From contig OZ287748.1 in NCBI GenBank assembly GCA_965649765.1, positions 105,090,001-105,154,000 on the forward strand: DNA of 64,000 bases, written 5' to 3'. Each line of letters begins with the position of its first letter. Positions within the stretch are counted from its first letter, which is position 1. The notes beneath the pieces are model-generated. The model was not told the DNA's origin, ran no database searches, and worked only from the letters and a program-made list of their open reading frames with translations. Below, in pieces: positions 13,915 to 27,638 of this stretch. Origin of the DNA: Bispira polyomma. Lineage: Eukaryota. Made by a program: the position numbers and the translations under genes.

Positions 13915-14200
13915 GCTTGTCAACCTATAATTTGTTAACGTTGCCTTCCCTGTTGTATTAAAAAAGATGGTAGTGATACCTCTCATTAAGAAGCCATCAT
14001 TGTAAAGGAAGAACTCCAAAACTATAGGAGTTGATTGAAAGAGCTGTCGCTAAACAAATAGCGGAAAACCTAGCCAATGGACTAGGAAATTTGCACCAGT
14101 CGATCTACAAGCTTTTTTGTCAATAAAGAATGATATACAAATTTCTTCATTAAAAGGTGAACCTATGGCTTTAGAGCTGCTTGATCTGTCGACTACCTTT
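13915..14200 (+). pseudogene. L2/CR1-group LINE RT remnant
   Basis: Decayed V.PLIKKPSL..LQNYR, LIERAVAKQI, HQS.Y and LLDLS motifs, homologous to 25278-25607. Confidence 0.65.
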
Positions 14201-14822
14201 CTGTCAGGACATTGGTTTGAATCCCACTGCTTCCTTCACATGGAAACCAGATAATTGTTGTACAAATATATAGATATTTTTATATAGTACTATAGTATAG
14301 TATTTATAAAAGGTCTTTGTCTTCAGAACAAGAGTTTGGTCTTTGAATTTAGCAGCAAAGGTTAAGATTTCCACACTTAACGCTGAGACTAACACTAGGC
14401 AGTCTTAAATATTTTAGACATAAATAAACTGAGATATAATAAGTAATTTTAAAGCTTCATCAAATTCTCATCAGCAAACATTTATTCTTCCATTTATTCT
14501 TCCCTCAAACATACTAATATGGTATGCTCAACCAAAGAATATGCTGCCAATTAAGAACACAGATACACACACTAAGACGCCTCGCAAAGGCTATATAATA
14601 TTTAATGATACTTAAGAGGCTCTAGATGCTCTAGTTTATGCATCACATTAGCTCTAGTAGAGTGGCTGTATTTCACAGGGAAGTTTCCCAGTAGTAAAAA
14701 AAAGGTCACAAGTGTTGTCTGACCATACGTCATAGGCTTGTGAAAGATAGTTAGGAAAAACTCTAGACTCTAGGCAAATCAATACATGTTAAAAGGTTAA
14801 GGTTAAAAGAATTTTCGGTCTC

Positions 14823-14828
14823 TATAAG
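14823..14828 (+). promoter_or_regulatory. Candidate TATA box of the tyrosinase gene
   Basis: CTATAAG lies 80 bp upstream of the signal-peptide ATG. Confidence 0.4.
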
Positions 14829-14902
14829 CAAGGGGGAGCAGGCACTGACTTGGCAAACCACCCAAGTATAGGCATTTTGCGGTCGATCACTGTGAAGCTA
14901 AG

Positions 14903-17900
14903 ATGTCTCTCGCTACAACATTGGGCGTTTTGATACTTGCATCCCTGGTGATTATTCAGAGCAGTGTTTATGTAAGTCTGATGATTTTATATTGTATTAT
15001 GCACCTATAACGTGCCATATTGATACAAAGCTTTTTCTAAAGTGCAACAAATTAAATCAAATTTTAAAGTTTTTAAGTTTTATCCTAACCCCAAAAGTGT
15101 TTCTGATTATTTAAAGTAAAAAAACATTAGAAAGTAATCTACTAGTATTTGTGTATTTACCTTATTTACTTATTTATTATTTACCTATTACATTTATTTA
15201 TTTAATTATTTGAATGTATTCACATATTTCCTACTTTCATTGATTTATTGTATTAAGAACAAACAAGTAGCCAAATAAGCAAAAAAATTTAACAGCTTTA
15301 ATAAAGATTTTGGAATTTAGTTGGGTTTTACGTCACTTTCAACAGTTGAGGTAATATCACGCCAGCCAAATTTAATTGTGGGAGAAATCAGTGTTGGAGA
15401 ATTTAAACCGCCAATTTATGACAAATACCTGACAAACTTTCCACTTAAAGGAAGAAACTGAAAGTTTGTCAGGTACTTGCCATAAGTAAGTGGTTTATAG
15501 TTCTTCACCACTAATCCTGGGTGTGGCATTATGATCAAAGCTGCGGCATTATAACCAAAGCAGTTGAAAGCTATGTAAACAAATTTTTAATGTAATTTAA
15601 GCATTGCTAGGGTGGTATAGAGAAAGAGTTCTGAAGTTTGAGATTAAAAGCTGACAAATATATGCAAATAGTTTGAATATTTGAAAAAATATATACTTAT
15701 CTTTGTATCCTTTTTATGAACAAATTGTAATATTCATAATCTGATTAAATTATATTGTAAAACCCTAAATTGCTATAAGATGTGTCGCTAGTGTGTCCAA
15801 ACAAGAGTAATTTCATGATGGATCAGTCTGGATAAATTAATGAAGTTCATATGTATTAATTCCCATTTCAAATACTCAATATTTAGTAATACATGTCCTT
15901 ATATTATGTATAATAAGAGTTTTCTTGAAACTTTCTACAATCTTTCACATTTAGTGGAATTTGTAATTCGGCCAACAGCAACTCCAATTAGACTATCTAC
16001 CACAAGTAAAACTTGGTTAAAAAGCCACTTGGAGTTTCTGTCTATATTTTGGACAAATAGCCATAACATTATGGAAACCTGTGTTCTCAAGTTTATCAAA
16101 AATTACAGTATAGCCCGAGCTATACCTGTCTCATTTAAAGCGCCAAATAAATATCATTATTAAGGTATGATGTTGGCCCATTTTTTTGGAATTTTTGCTC
16201 CTATATAAGACTGAGTGCAGATTGTTGACGTAGTATCAAGCCGATAATTACCGCTATTTTTAGTACTCTGTAAGGTTGACTGGAAATCACTATTAAAATA
16301 TTGATGTGAAATTTTGCATGTTTTCAAGCTTCAGAAGGCTAACTTGGTAGCTCTATGGAAGAGCCACAGCAATACATTTTAATGAAAATGTCTGAACTCA
16401 AAATCTCTCCTATGGATACACCCTACAGACAATTTTCTTTTGCACTCTGGCAACGATTTTTTAGTTTGTCTCATCGAGTACCCAGAAATTGCCCAAAATG
16501 ACAAATTGCTCTTTGAAAATGTGTGTTAATTTGTATAACTAGAGTGAGGCTGTTGTGAGTTTGAGCGTATCAATGTATAGTATGGATGAATCCTACGTCT
16601 GATGTCAGGCTTGAGAATAATATTTCATATTTTAGCTGTGTAAACTAATGGAAATAAGAAACCATAGTAAAATCACAAGCTTATTAGTGAATTAATCTGC
16701 ATAGTACATGTTTAAGTAACAACATTGTCAATAAATGAAAGTAAAGCCAAGCATTGTTAAAGTCTTTGCACAGATATGTGAACCCAAAACATTTGCCTTC
16801 TGATAACAGAACTAGTTTACTGTCTTAAAAAAATCGCTATTTAGTGCCATCTATAGTTGAAATAAACATTGAGAAATTTCCATCAAATGTTGAAATTGTC
16901 AGGCTTTTGTGCCAAACCAGCTTGTATAAACAATGTTGAATGATGAAAATACCTTTGTGAAACATCTTTTCTCCATTATTTTATTTAGTTGTCCACTTTC
17001 AAATTGACTACACTTTGGGTTGGTTGATGCCCGCACAGACAGTCAATCTATTTAGAGTCCTTTGATTTAAATTAGTACTTAATCAGACAAAGATTATTTG
17101 AACCAAAATTCTATTAAGTGTTATCCGGGAGCATTATTTAAAAATTATATTAATCCACCATTGAGGACAAGATTTACACACTAGATTTCACAGAAAATGT
17201 CTGCCAAATGGGTCAAATTGACGACAGTATGTAAATCAATCGTAGTACATTACAGTATGGTGAGGATAACAAAGTTAATGATACATAAAAAAATGCTTTC
17301 TAGATTCCACCCACAGTACAAACAACGTCATGTAAGAAACTAACAATTCCAGAGAAGCGACAAGAACTTTCTGATAGAGAAGCAAGGTAATCGAGACTAG
17401 AAGTCAAGCCCAAATTTATCTGTTAAATTGTGGGTAACACACTCATTTAGGTAGGCAGAGAAACTACGTACAATCTTAGACTAGGATTCCCAGGTTCAGG
17501 ATTGTAGTTGTTTTAGTAACCATTTATTCTTTGTAACTAGGTCCTATCACCAGTGCAAGGTTCAATAACCATGTAGACCTAGAAGATTGGTCACAACGAA
17601 GCCTCCATCTTTTTAAATTTTATATTCAGTCTTTGAAAAATTATGAAAGATACTAAAGCTTTTCTTAAATGTTAATTAATTTTTTTATTAATTAAACAAC
17701 AATTTTTTTTAATTGGTAAATCAATTTTTCTTTAATTTTTTTAAACTAAATTAAGCAAACAAATAAATCCAATCATTCTCTCTCTCAAACAGGGAGCTGG
17801 TTAAGGTCCTAAGTCAACTCAACTTAACATGGGAGACACATAAATCAAATCCCAGAATTCCAAAAATCAAATTTGCTCCCCATAAAAAATGCCCATATTG

Positions 17901-20900
17901 TCGGAGTAAGAGGGAAATTCTTCACAAGGATGTAGAAGTGAAGGGTAGAGCAAAGAGGTCAGTCGAACCATTCAGAAAGGATTACCGCCAGCTGAAAAAG
18001 GGAGAAATGAACAAATTCCATAAGGTATGCACAAGTTTAATGATCACTTTCAATGACACCCCCAACTTCATCCTTAAATATACCATCTATGCCACCCCAA
18101 CATCAACTACAAATATGAATTTCCATTATTTAGGTTTACTTCACTTTCAACATCAGTGGTCATATTGTGACAGCCAGACTTTAGAATTAGAGAAACCCCA
18201 GTACTATTTTTACTTGAAGGAGGCCATGGCATTTGATTTTGCTGTCCTCACTGTTGAGAATCTATAGTGATATTAAATCAGATGCTTATGAACTGCAAAT
18301 TGAAAAGACACATGGTAAAACCAGACTCATTTGAATGGACTTACCAAAAGGTTAAAGTGGGTAAATAAAAGGGCATTTACCTTATTTTTGATGATATTTA
18401 AACTAATGATTGATTGGAGTTCCAGAAAATTAGATAGAACATCTTCAAAATGAAAATCTGTGTTATGAGATAATGTGCTCTAGATTTCTTTATTGCAACC
18501 ATGGAGGGCAACAACATGTGGCTGTATATTGCCATCCATTTTAAAATTTATAATTTCTCAAAAGCTTTGCATTTGTCTGTTGAAAGACATTACTTGTTTA
18601 TCATGTACTGTGTATTGTTTTCATCACCAGGCTTTAAAACAATTAAAGGCAGACGGAACCTACGATGATCTTGTGCTTCTTCACAGGCAAAGTGAGGCGC
18701 CTGCTGCACACTTTGGTATGGCTTTTCTACCTTGGCATAGGGAGTACCTATTTCAGTAAGTATATAAGGCTGAAAAACTAACTGCTTGTTTGGCTTCTTA
18801 TTCAAGTACACTGGAAATAAATTCGACGCTTGAGTAGATAACATATTCCAAGTGGACCAGTGAGAACATAAATAAGGAAATGAACGTAGGTAAAATAATA
18901 TGCCATGAATTTATTAAAAAATAATAAATATAGATATAATTTACCAATCAAAAGATTTAGCTGTCACTTGAAATTCGAGTGCACCTACAAGGCACAGCTA
19001 AACTTCATGTTCTGAAGAACACATCTGAGTCGTTAAACCCCAAATCCTTGTGTGTCATGTACAAAGTCTAAGATACTCTAAAGTGCTAGTTCCATAAACC
19101 TTTTCATGATTCCAATGTTAGGCTCATGTAATCCGTTGTAGAAAAAGTATTAGTATTTAGCAGTATTTTTAAGTCGGTGCAGTTTTGTAATATTAGTTGA
19201 TAAATTGACACAGTGGTTGAATATATGTCATTTCAAATAAGTGTATTGCTGCAGGATGTACACCAAGATTCTGGGATTCTCGTTTACATTTTGATAATTA
19301 TCGACAAATTTGGCCATTTTTTCTCCCACCGTGCAATTTAGGTATGAGGAGTGCGATCCCACAAAACACCCTTGAAGAAGTGTATGTAAAATATTATGTA
19401 TGTATATTGCTTAATATTTTTAAATCTACACACTGAAGGGTATTTAATTCCCATGTTTTATAAAAGCCAAATCTTATTGTTGAATTAATAAATTATACTT
19501 TTTCAGGTGTGAATTACAGAAATCTATTTTTTACACATTTGAAGAACAACACATAAAAATCTATTCAAACAAATATTTGGGTATACATTCAATGTATCAT
19601 TAATATCATAAAAAAAATTGAAAGTAAATGTTGGAAATTTGTATATGAGGTATATAGGTATTTTACTTTTTTTTGAGGTTGATTTCAGGCTTTCTAGCTT
19701 CACTGATTCCCCACTGTATCTCTACTTTCTAAACATCGTCTCTACTTTTGATTTCGGCCGATTTTTTTCATCCAAATATTTACAATGTAGGCACTTCCAT
19801 ATCTCAGATTAAATAAGAACTTCATAATGTAAAGGAAATCAAAAACAGGTTCCNNNNNNNNNNNNNNNNNNNNNNNNNNNNNNNNNNNNNNNNNNNNNNN
19901 NNNNNNNNNNNNNNNNNNNNNNNNNNNNNNNNNNNNNNNNNNNNNNNNNNNNNNNNNNNNNNNNNNNNNNNNNNNNNNNNNNNNNNNNNNNNNNNNCTGA
20001 AATAAGCATAACTGTAGTCATTGTGCACATGTGGTCACACTAGAAAACTTATAGATAAGTTATCTCATAAAACTGGTCAGTTTACTGGGATAAGACTTGT
20101 TAATACAGATTCTATTATATTTTCCGTGTTATATAGACTAGAGCAGGCAGCCAGGAAATTAGGAAACAAATTCTCAAAGTTGACTATACCATTTTGGGAC
20201 AGTTGTATGGACGAAAGTCTGCCAGAACCCAAAGACTGTATAGTGTGGACCAATTCTGGGGAACAGGGGATGGGCAAGTGGACAATGGGAAAGTCGCCAA
20301 GAACTGGGATGTGACATCAGATACTGCCTGCCAAAATATTGACCCAAAGGTAACACGACATGTCAGCGGAGCAAAGGGGCGTCTGCTGACCAGGGAGAAA
20401 ATCACCAACAATCTTCTCCCTTCGGCAACCTTTTTGGAGTTTGGCCGAGAATCACCATTGGAAGGTTACCACGGCAATATGCATGTTTACGTAGGTGGCC
20501 ATGCAGCTAATTTGGTGTGTTCCCCAAATGACCCAGTCTTTTTCTTCCTGCATTCTATGTTCGACTGCCTGTGGGATGAGTGGGCAAATCTGCCCGGTAA
20601 GGACAACACCTACCCCTTCCCTTGGAATCCATCACAAGGAGGGCCTGAGCATGGCCGCAACCAACCCATGTCACCTTTCGAACCATTGATCAACTGGGAT
20701 GGAATGTGGACCGGCTACACAGGTTGTCACGAACGTCCCTCAAAGATTCTGTGTTCAGATGACGATGACTGCAAGAGTCCCCAAGGTCTGCTCTTCTGTC
20801 ACAACTGCCGCTGCCACTGTAAAATCAGGAAGAAGGGAAACTGTAATGGTATGCCCGACAATGCTTGTTACTGCAAGGACGGCACTCCCGAGTGTGACTC

Positions 20901-20925
20901 AGGGAAATGCAAATGTGTTAGCTAA
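14903..20925 (+). CDS. Secreted tyrosinase / type-3 copper protein; exons 14903-14971, 17304-17386, 17793-18024, 18631-18755, 20137-20925; frameshift at about 20252
   Basis: GT-AG introns with compatible phases (0,2,0,2). Signal peptide MSLATTLGVLILASLVIIQSSVY; RKDYRQL; CuA H..AH.G.AFLPWHR; IPFWDS; CuB EGYHGNMH..VGG..SPNDPVFFFLH; Cys-rich tail. Exons 1-2 are less certain than 3-5. Confidence 0.88.
15318..15590. repeat. Fold-back pair of SINE-like fragments in tyrosinase intron 1
   Basis: TACCTGACAAACTTTC (15426-15441) and GAAAGTTTGTCAGGTA (15460-15475) with imperfect outward extension; the left arm resembles 21195-21330 and 23895-24102. Confidence 0.65.
19854..19996. other. Assembly gap (143 N) in tyrosinase intron 4
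   Basis: Run of N. Confidence 1.
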
Positions 20926-21077
20926 AAGAACTTTTGTCAATGCTTTATTCTTTTCTGAGACTAATACGTTTTTTCTTCATTTTTTTCTGTCTTTTCTGAG
21001 ACTCATCCTTATTTTCTTTTCTTTTTTTTCCTGTTGAATAATTATAATACAGTCTGTTTCTGATCCAATAGTGGTCT

Positions 21078-21078
<1 letters not shown>

Positions 21079-21109
<31 letters not shown>
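21079..21109. repeat. Poly-C tract of about 31 nt
   Basis: Homopolymer; G-quadruplex potential on the minus strand. A poly-G tract also occurs at 38516-38543. Confidence 0.95.
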
Positions 21110-22582
21110 AGCTACAGTTGTATATAAATAATATCCCTACGTGGATTGGCTCCAGAATGAAAACAAATTTCAAAGAATCTCAATTTTAAAAGTTGAATTC
21201 ATGTGGGTTTTACATCGCTTTAAATAGCTCTGGTCATATTGCGATGGGCAGGTTTTGTGGTGGAAGAAACAATCGCTGAAACACTGTAAACCACCGACCT
21301 ACAGCAAGTGCCTGACCATGTGTAAATTCTGTAGTTCCTCTGATTGAGAGGTAAAAAGAGAACTCAGACAGTAATATGAAGTTCCTGTAAGACTGGAAAA
21401 GATTAGTACAGTCAAAGTCTACTGTCACATCACTAGTAAAAATAAGACAAGTATAATAATATGTTCAGATAATGTGATCTTTCTTTTGAGAACTAGTCCT
21501 GAAGAAGGCCATTACTTTAGGGTTAAAATATGATCATAAGGCCCATGTATATGCCATAACAGATATGTTTACAAAAGTAAGTAGTCCAGACAAAATTTTA
21601 AGGATAGGGTCATAACTCTAAGGCAGATATCTTTCTTCACCGTTCGTTTTCTGAAAAAGGGCCAAAAAAAGGGGTTCATGGTCAATTTGTAAAGGTTAAA
21701 ATAAAAAATATCCCCCACAAATTTGTGGAATTCGACAATCGAATGGACACCCACCCATCTGGGTGACCTGGAGGAAAACAATATTGCATAGCCTACATAG
21801 GCTGTAGGATAATCAAAGTGATTCCTAGGGTTTATATAGTACAACACTATATTTACCATCAAACTGAAAACTGCAAGTGGAATCAAACTGCAATTAGGTA
21901 CAACTCCAACCATTCAAAGCCCCTATCTACAGAATATGGAAAACTAGTAACTGCAAACTGTTTCTCAGTAATGAAAACATTGAAACGTCAAGGCCAGACA
22001 AACATCACAATACAATGAGACACATCTACACATATACAAGACTTAAGATATTCAGTTGAATTTCATCTGAAGTCACAACTCAAGAAAGTCACGGTTATGT
22101 GAAAGTATTTGTACATGGAAAAAGTAAATACTTTTTTTACACAATTTATTTTTATGGAGATTTCAGTGCTGAATTCAAATATCCAGACAGATTTAACTTT
22201 AAACAGACATTTTGACTTCAGATTGAGACTGAAATTTTTTTTAAAAGTATGGCCACTGAAGAAATGATTTTATTTAAGCAGAGGTCATACGTTTACATGT
22301 ATATTATATCACGGGTGAGACAAATTACATTTGGAGGGAACACAATATAAAGGAAAACAATCGGGGTCATAACTCCAAGGTCTACTTGAAATCAGATATC
22401 TTCCTTCACGTCATGGTTTTGTCATGCCCAAACATGAAAAAACCAGATACACATATATGTATACACAAACGTCAAATAATCCAAACCAACACTACATATC
22501 ATTTTTTGAATACAAAGTTTATCTGTAAAATGAATGCAAAAATTAAAAAGGAAATACAAAATATGCAAACTAATTTGGCATA

Positions 22583-23054
22583 ACAATACAAATGAATATT
22601 CTGAACAGTCTTTACTTTAAAAGCATTTTGTTTACACTTTAGTGTTTTCCACCGTTCGTTAATCTGCTCATTCTCTCGAATAGTCGTAGATCGTTTTACG
22701 GTCGGCATGTTTCACTAATGTGTGGAGCTGTTTACAGCAAAGCCAAGACCCGATCACATGATCAGACAAGGCCAGGATATTTTTGTATTGTATTGTATTG
22801 TACATTCTTAACGCGCCTTATTGATGCTAGGCATCTTCTAAGGCTCAACAGTGAGGCTGTTGAGAGACAACAGTTTTAAAATGGTTATGTGCATTTTAAA
22901 CAGGATTAGATAGTGAATAGGAAGCCAGTGAGGTTTCTTGAGGTATGGAGTGACATCAGTCCAGATTCCCAAACGTGCGTCATGCAGTGCTGCTTCTGGG
23001 CTTATAACTGTACTACAAACCTAAAACAACAAGGCACCAAGTTTGAAGCGATTC
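22583..23054 (-). pseudogene. PAICS: Decayed duplicate of the PAICS last exon with 3' UTR and upstream intron end
   Basis: Colinear with about 47713-48008 (GCTCATTCTCTCGA, ACATGATCAGACA.GGCCAGGAT, ATAACTGTACTACA, AACAAGGCAC..TGAAGCGATTC); contains deletions and a LINE insertion. Confidence 0.85.
22781..22975 (-). mobile_element. Short, internally deleted 3' piece of the L2-type LINE inserted in the PAICS pseudo-exon
   Basis: (CAATA)n tail and 3' end match 24103-24172, then the sequence jumps to match 24471-24596. Confidence 0.85.
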
Positions 23055-23894
23055 TAGCAGGGTTAAAACGTGTAGAAATTTTAGTATTCTAGTAAACTTC
23101 TACCATTATTCCACTATTTAAAGAATACTCCCTTCAGTGTGGACACCAAACACCTAAAGGTACTCTTCATCGGTTAGTAAAATTGCCTGTCCATTATTAT
23201 ATAGCAAAACTACAAAGTATGACCTAGAAAATAGTAATTTTTGCTGATTTTGATCTATGATAAATAGATTATATTATTTAACAGGTGGCTGAATAATCCT
23301 AAATAAATTTTTGATGAGAAGGGTGCTTAATGTAGCATATATCTATGCAAAAGCAATTAGTGTTTAAGCTAACGATGGGATGAGTTGACAGAAGCTTGAA
23401 CCAAAGATTCTTTAGCCTACTACTGGGGTACGACACAGGAACGGATAACCATCATTGTATTTGTGGTCATCTAAAACATCATGCATCTGATGATTTTACA
23501 AACTCTGACATTATTTTTGTTCCTACACAAAACTGTCAGACCCTGCAAGACCTACATCAGACATAATTCATCAACATCCAGACACAGGTTTTATCAACAA
23601 GGAAATTCTGACTGCCTGACACTTGGCGTTCAGATATGTGTAGCATAAATCAGGGCAGGCACCGCACTGCAGTAATTCGCCATAATTTTTTCTTGAATTA
23701 TCCAAAGGTTGCTATTACACTAACATTGTTAATGATAACTAAGGCATTACAAAGATCATGTGGAACTCAATAAAAACAATAATTTTAAAAGAAACAATTA
23801 TTACAAAATTACATTGTGCAGTTAACAAAAATGTTTTGTATCACCAAGCACTAAAGTTCCACGTTCAGGGAACAAATTGACACAGTTCTCAAAA

Positions 23895-24102
23895 TTTAGT
23901 TGGAGTTTACATCACTTTTAATAGCTTAGGTCAAATCATGATGGCCAGATTTATTGGTGAAGGAAAAGCTAGTGTTGAAGCACTGTAAACCACATAAACC
24001 TATGGCCAGTACTTTCCAAACTTTTCCAGCTAAAGAAACAAACAAAATTCCAACCCACATTGGGGCGAGGCCGGTGATTATGAAGCTAGAGCTTCTGACC
24101 AC
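23895..24102 (-). mobile_element. tRNA-derived SINE-like element; related fragments at 21195-21330 and 15318-15445
   Basis: Minus strand AGTGGTCAGAAGCTCTAG..GTGGGTTGGAATT head and GATGTAAACTCCAAC tail; multi-copy in the window. Confidence 0.55.
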
Positions 24103-26060
24103 TATTGTATTGTATTGTATTGTACATTTTTAACGCGCCTTATTAATGCAAGGCATCTTCAAAGGTGCAACATCAGAATCAATCAGCCAATAGAAAAATG
24201 AAAAAAAACATAGCCAGGTCGTAAGGATGGATGCGTCAGTGCCCAGGAGAAGGACTACGACAGATAGGAGAGCCTGAACAGATAGGTTTTAAGCCTTTTC
24301 TAAAACCAGAAAGTGTATCGAGCAGTATGAGTTCAACTAGAAGACTATTCCATTACATCAGGGCGGCGACCGAGAAGGCTCTAAATCCAACCCTCTTGGT
24401 AGGTTTTTTAGAGGAAACAGAGTCTTTTTCCCCTTTTAAGGCTGCTGAAGGAGAGCTTAGTAGCAAGGTAGTGAGACTGTTGAGAGACAACAGCTTTAAA
24501 AATGGTTATGTGCATTTTAAACGGGATTCAATAGTAAATAGGAAGCCAGTGAACTTTCTTAAGGTATGGAGTGACACCAGTACGGATTCCCAAACGAAAG
24601 ATGACTCTACATATAAAGTTTTGAATGGACTGCAACTTGTTTATGTGGGACTTATTGGCTCCATACAGAAGAGAATTACAGTAGTCAAGGCGGCTACTTA
24701 CAAGAGCATTGGCCACAGTAATAGCAGTATCAAGTGACAGATAATTTCTGATTCTTCTGAGGTCCTGAGTGTGATAGTAACAGAAGCGGGAGATGTTGTT
24801 AATTTGAGGAAGAAATGAAAAAGCAGGGTCGATAGTGACACCTAGGTGTTTGACATGGTCTAAAGGTTGAATCTCATTGCCCAGCAGTGTGATTGGGAAA
24901 AGTGATCTTAAGTATTCGCTGTGTTTCTTATTTCCAATTAGGATGAATTCAGTTTTGTCAGGGTTTAGTTTCAGTTTGGAGTAGTTCATACACGCCTGAA
25001 CTGAGGAGAGACAGTCGGCAAGTAAATCCAGGTTGTATCCAGCATTATGAGTGTTGAGGGAGAGACAGATTTGAGTGTCATCAGCATACATGTGATGTTT
25101 AACATTGTGATTATTGATGACTGCACTGAGAGGTTGGGTGTAGAGGGTAAACAGTAAAGGGCTGAGAACAGGGGTACTCCAAATGGTAGGTTGAAAGAGG
25201 ATGAAAAGTGGTCGCCCAATTTGATTTTTTGGGTTCTAAGAGCAAGGTCCGATTTGATCCAATCAAGGCCAGTACCATTAAGGCAAAACCCACTGTTTTA
25301 GGGTGTCAAATAGTAAGCCATGGTCGATGGTATCAAAAGCTTCGGAGAGATCGAGGAGGGTGAGGGCTACAGTTTCATCACGATCCAAGGCAAGGTTAAT
25401 GTCATCACTGATTGAAAGGAGGGCACTCTCCGTGGAGTGAAATTTTCTGTAGGCAGATTGGTGGCAGTTAGCTAGATTTTGTTTATTAAGGTGCTTATGA
25501 ATTTCTTTAGCAACAGCTTTCTCAATAAGTTTCGATACAAAGCTGAGGTTAGAGACTGGTCTATAGTTTTTTAGCCCATTTTTGTCAAGGCCAGTTTTTT
25601 TCAGCAAGGGGGCGACATATGCAGTTTTGAAACAAGAGGGAAATATACCATATCTGATCGAAAAATTTATAATGTAGGTGATAGGAGTTATGAGAATGTC
25701 TAGACATTCTATGAGAACAGCGGCAGGGATAGGATCTAGTTCAAAGGATTTGATGGAGTTGGATTTTATGAGTTTGAGAACATGGTTCTTGGAAAGTGGG
25801 TTAAAATGTAGCAGATTTGAGACTTTTTAGCCAGGCGATGGTGGAAAGATTGTTGAAAAATTTTTCTGCAAGAAATGTCAGGCAATGATTATCAGGCAAA
25901 ACTTTTTCAGTTGTGTGGTGGAGAATTTTATTTATGGAGCTCCATAACCTTTTTGGTGAGTTTGAATTTTCATTATTGATCGAATCATAGTGCTCTTTTT
26001 GGCTCTGGTCATTAGTGCATTAAAGTGGTTTGTGGCGGTTCTGTAGCGCTTGCCAAGTTG
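24103..26060 (-). mobile_element. 5'-truncated L2/Crack-type (CR1 group) LINE
   Basis: KNYRPVSNLSFVSKLIEK, LDLSEAFDTIDH, YADDTQ, KLNPDKTE, ALVSSRLDYCNSLL, HWLPI; (CAATA)n tail at 24103-24123. Confidence 0.92.
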
Positions 26061-26599
26061 ACAGCCTTACAGCTCACTTATCGAGCTGTGTCCATACATT
26101 CTGAACAACTCTCAGCAATATAGAGAGATTGTGCTCATTGGACAATTGGATTCTCTCCTCTTCATTTTTGACCTCACCAGGAAACTAACTTATGGTGATG
26201 TGTCACCAACTAAACATCTTATCATTGTTGTCAAATGGATCAAGACACTCATTTTTAAAGCCCAGCTTTTCTGATTTTTCTCCATTGTTTGATTGCTTTC
26301 CATTACACTCAGTCTCTGTACTTAGGTATAACCCCCTAAGAAGTGGAACTTCTCTTTGTTTCAGATTGACATACATTTTGTTAGATTCTTGATACCATTG
26401 TTTATTATCTAATCACCTGACATAATTGAATCTAGATCCTCAAATCTACACTTTCCACAACAGTATTAGTGCCGTATGGGCTTTTAAGAAATGCAACATC
26501 AAGCTTAAAGATATCAAGTTGCAGAAAACCGGGATGGAGTGTGGTCCTACCTTCTACACTTAACACACAGCCTATTATAAAGCTTTATACTGCCTTTAA

Positions 26600-27638
26600 G
26601 TGTATCCACCAGAAAACTCTGGTAGATACAATGGATTACGCCGCCGAAGCTACCACCGCCGCGTTAGTGTGTGTAGAGATTTTACCGTTACCGCTCTCCT
26701 GGGAAAACTTTTACACCTGCTCCTGAAATTTACAGGAAATGTTCTTTGTTACAAAAGCTTGCATTGGAGTAATTTTGGCCTCATTTTGAATAACAAGATG
26801 GCCGCCACTGGCGTTTTTTTGAAAATAATCAGGCTTTTTGTAGACAAACTGTGTCTGTTTCTCTGCTGTGGAAGGTTGAATCTCTTTATGGGTGATATGT
26901 TTGACGCATGCATATGTCCTGAATAAGCATGCAGACATTTGACCTTGAATCTCTTCATTCAAGGTCACTGACAGAGTGCCAAAGTACCTTAAGTGACTAA
27001 TTTTGGTCAAATTAATAAGTGCCTATATCTTGCTTAATATTGGTCTTAGAGGTTTGGGATCTGGAAACAACCCTCAGAAAAACATGAGCAGTGAATCTTT
27101 TTATGTGCTTAATTTTAAACTTAGCCCTCTCCCTCCAGGTCAAACAGGGATGCCCAAAGTTAAAAGTGCCTATATATTGCTTGTTATTGGTCAAACAAGT
27201 TTAGGGTGTAAAAGCAAGCTAAAGGAAATCATGGAGTCCGAACCTTTTGTTGTGTTCAAATTTGACCTCGGGCCTCTCCTTCATGGTCAAACAGGAATGG
27301 CTAAACTTTAAAGTGCCTATATCTCGCTCATTTTTGGTCAAACAAGTTTTGCATGTGAATCAAACCTATGTGAAATCATGGACTGGGAATATTTGATGTG
27401 GCAGGGAATCATTTGATGTGCTTACATTTGACCTTAGCCCTCCTTCATGAAGGTCAAACAGTGATGGCCGAACTTAAAAGTGCCTATCTCACACTGTAAC
27501 ACTTCAGCAAAAAATACCCTATAGCATATCATAGACTGCTAACTTGGGTGCTAGCTACAGTGCTTCCTACCTGGTATGTTTTATGTTCGTGGTTGATATA
27601 CAAATATGCATTGGTTGTCTGATGCACTAGGTCTAGTT
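26600..27638 (-). mobile_element. HINE-like (Helentron-associated) non-autonomous element with internal repeats of about 105-110 bp; same family as 46178 and 48546
   Basis: Reverse complement of the 46178 element: AACTAGACCTAG start, AAAGTGCCTATAT-type repeats, terminal GTATCCACC..GGTAGATAC hairpin. Confidence 0.75.

Noticed and set aside
20245-20260. Programmed frameshift in the tyrosinase
   Set aside because: No slippery heptamer or stimulatory stem at the frame switch.
22850-22851. LINE internal deletion caused by splicing
   Set aside because: The missing segment (24173-24470 in the long copy) is not bounded by GT-AG on the element's sense strand.
24231-24737. 168-aa plus-strand ORF
   Set aside because: Antisense shadow of the LINE RT.
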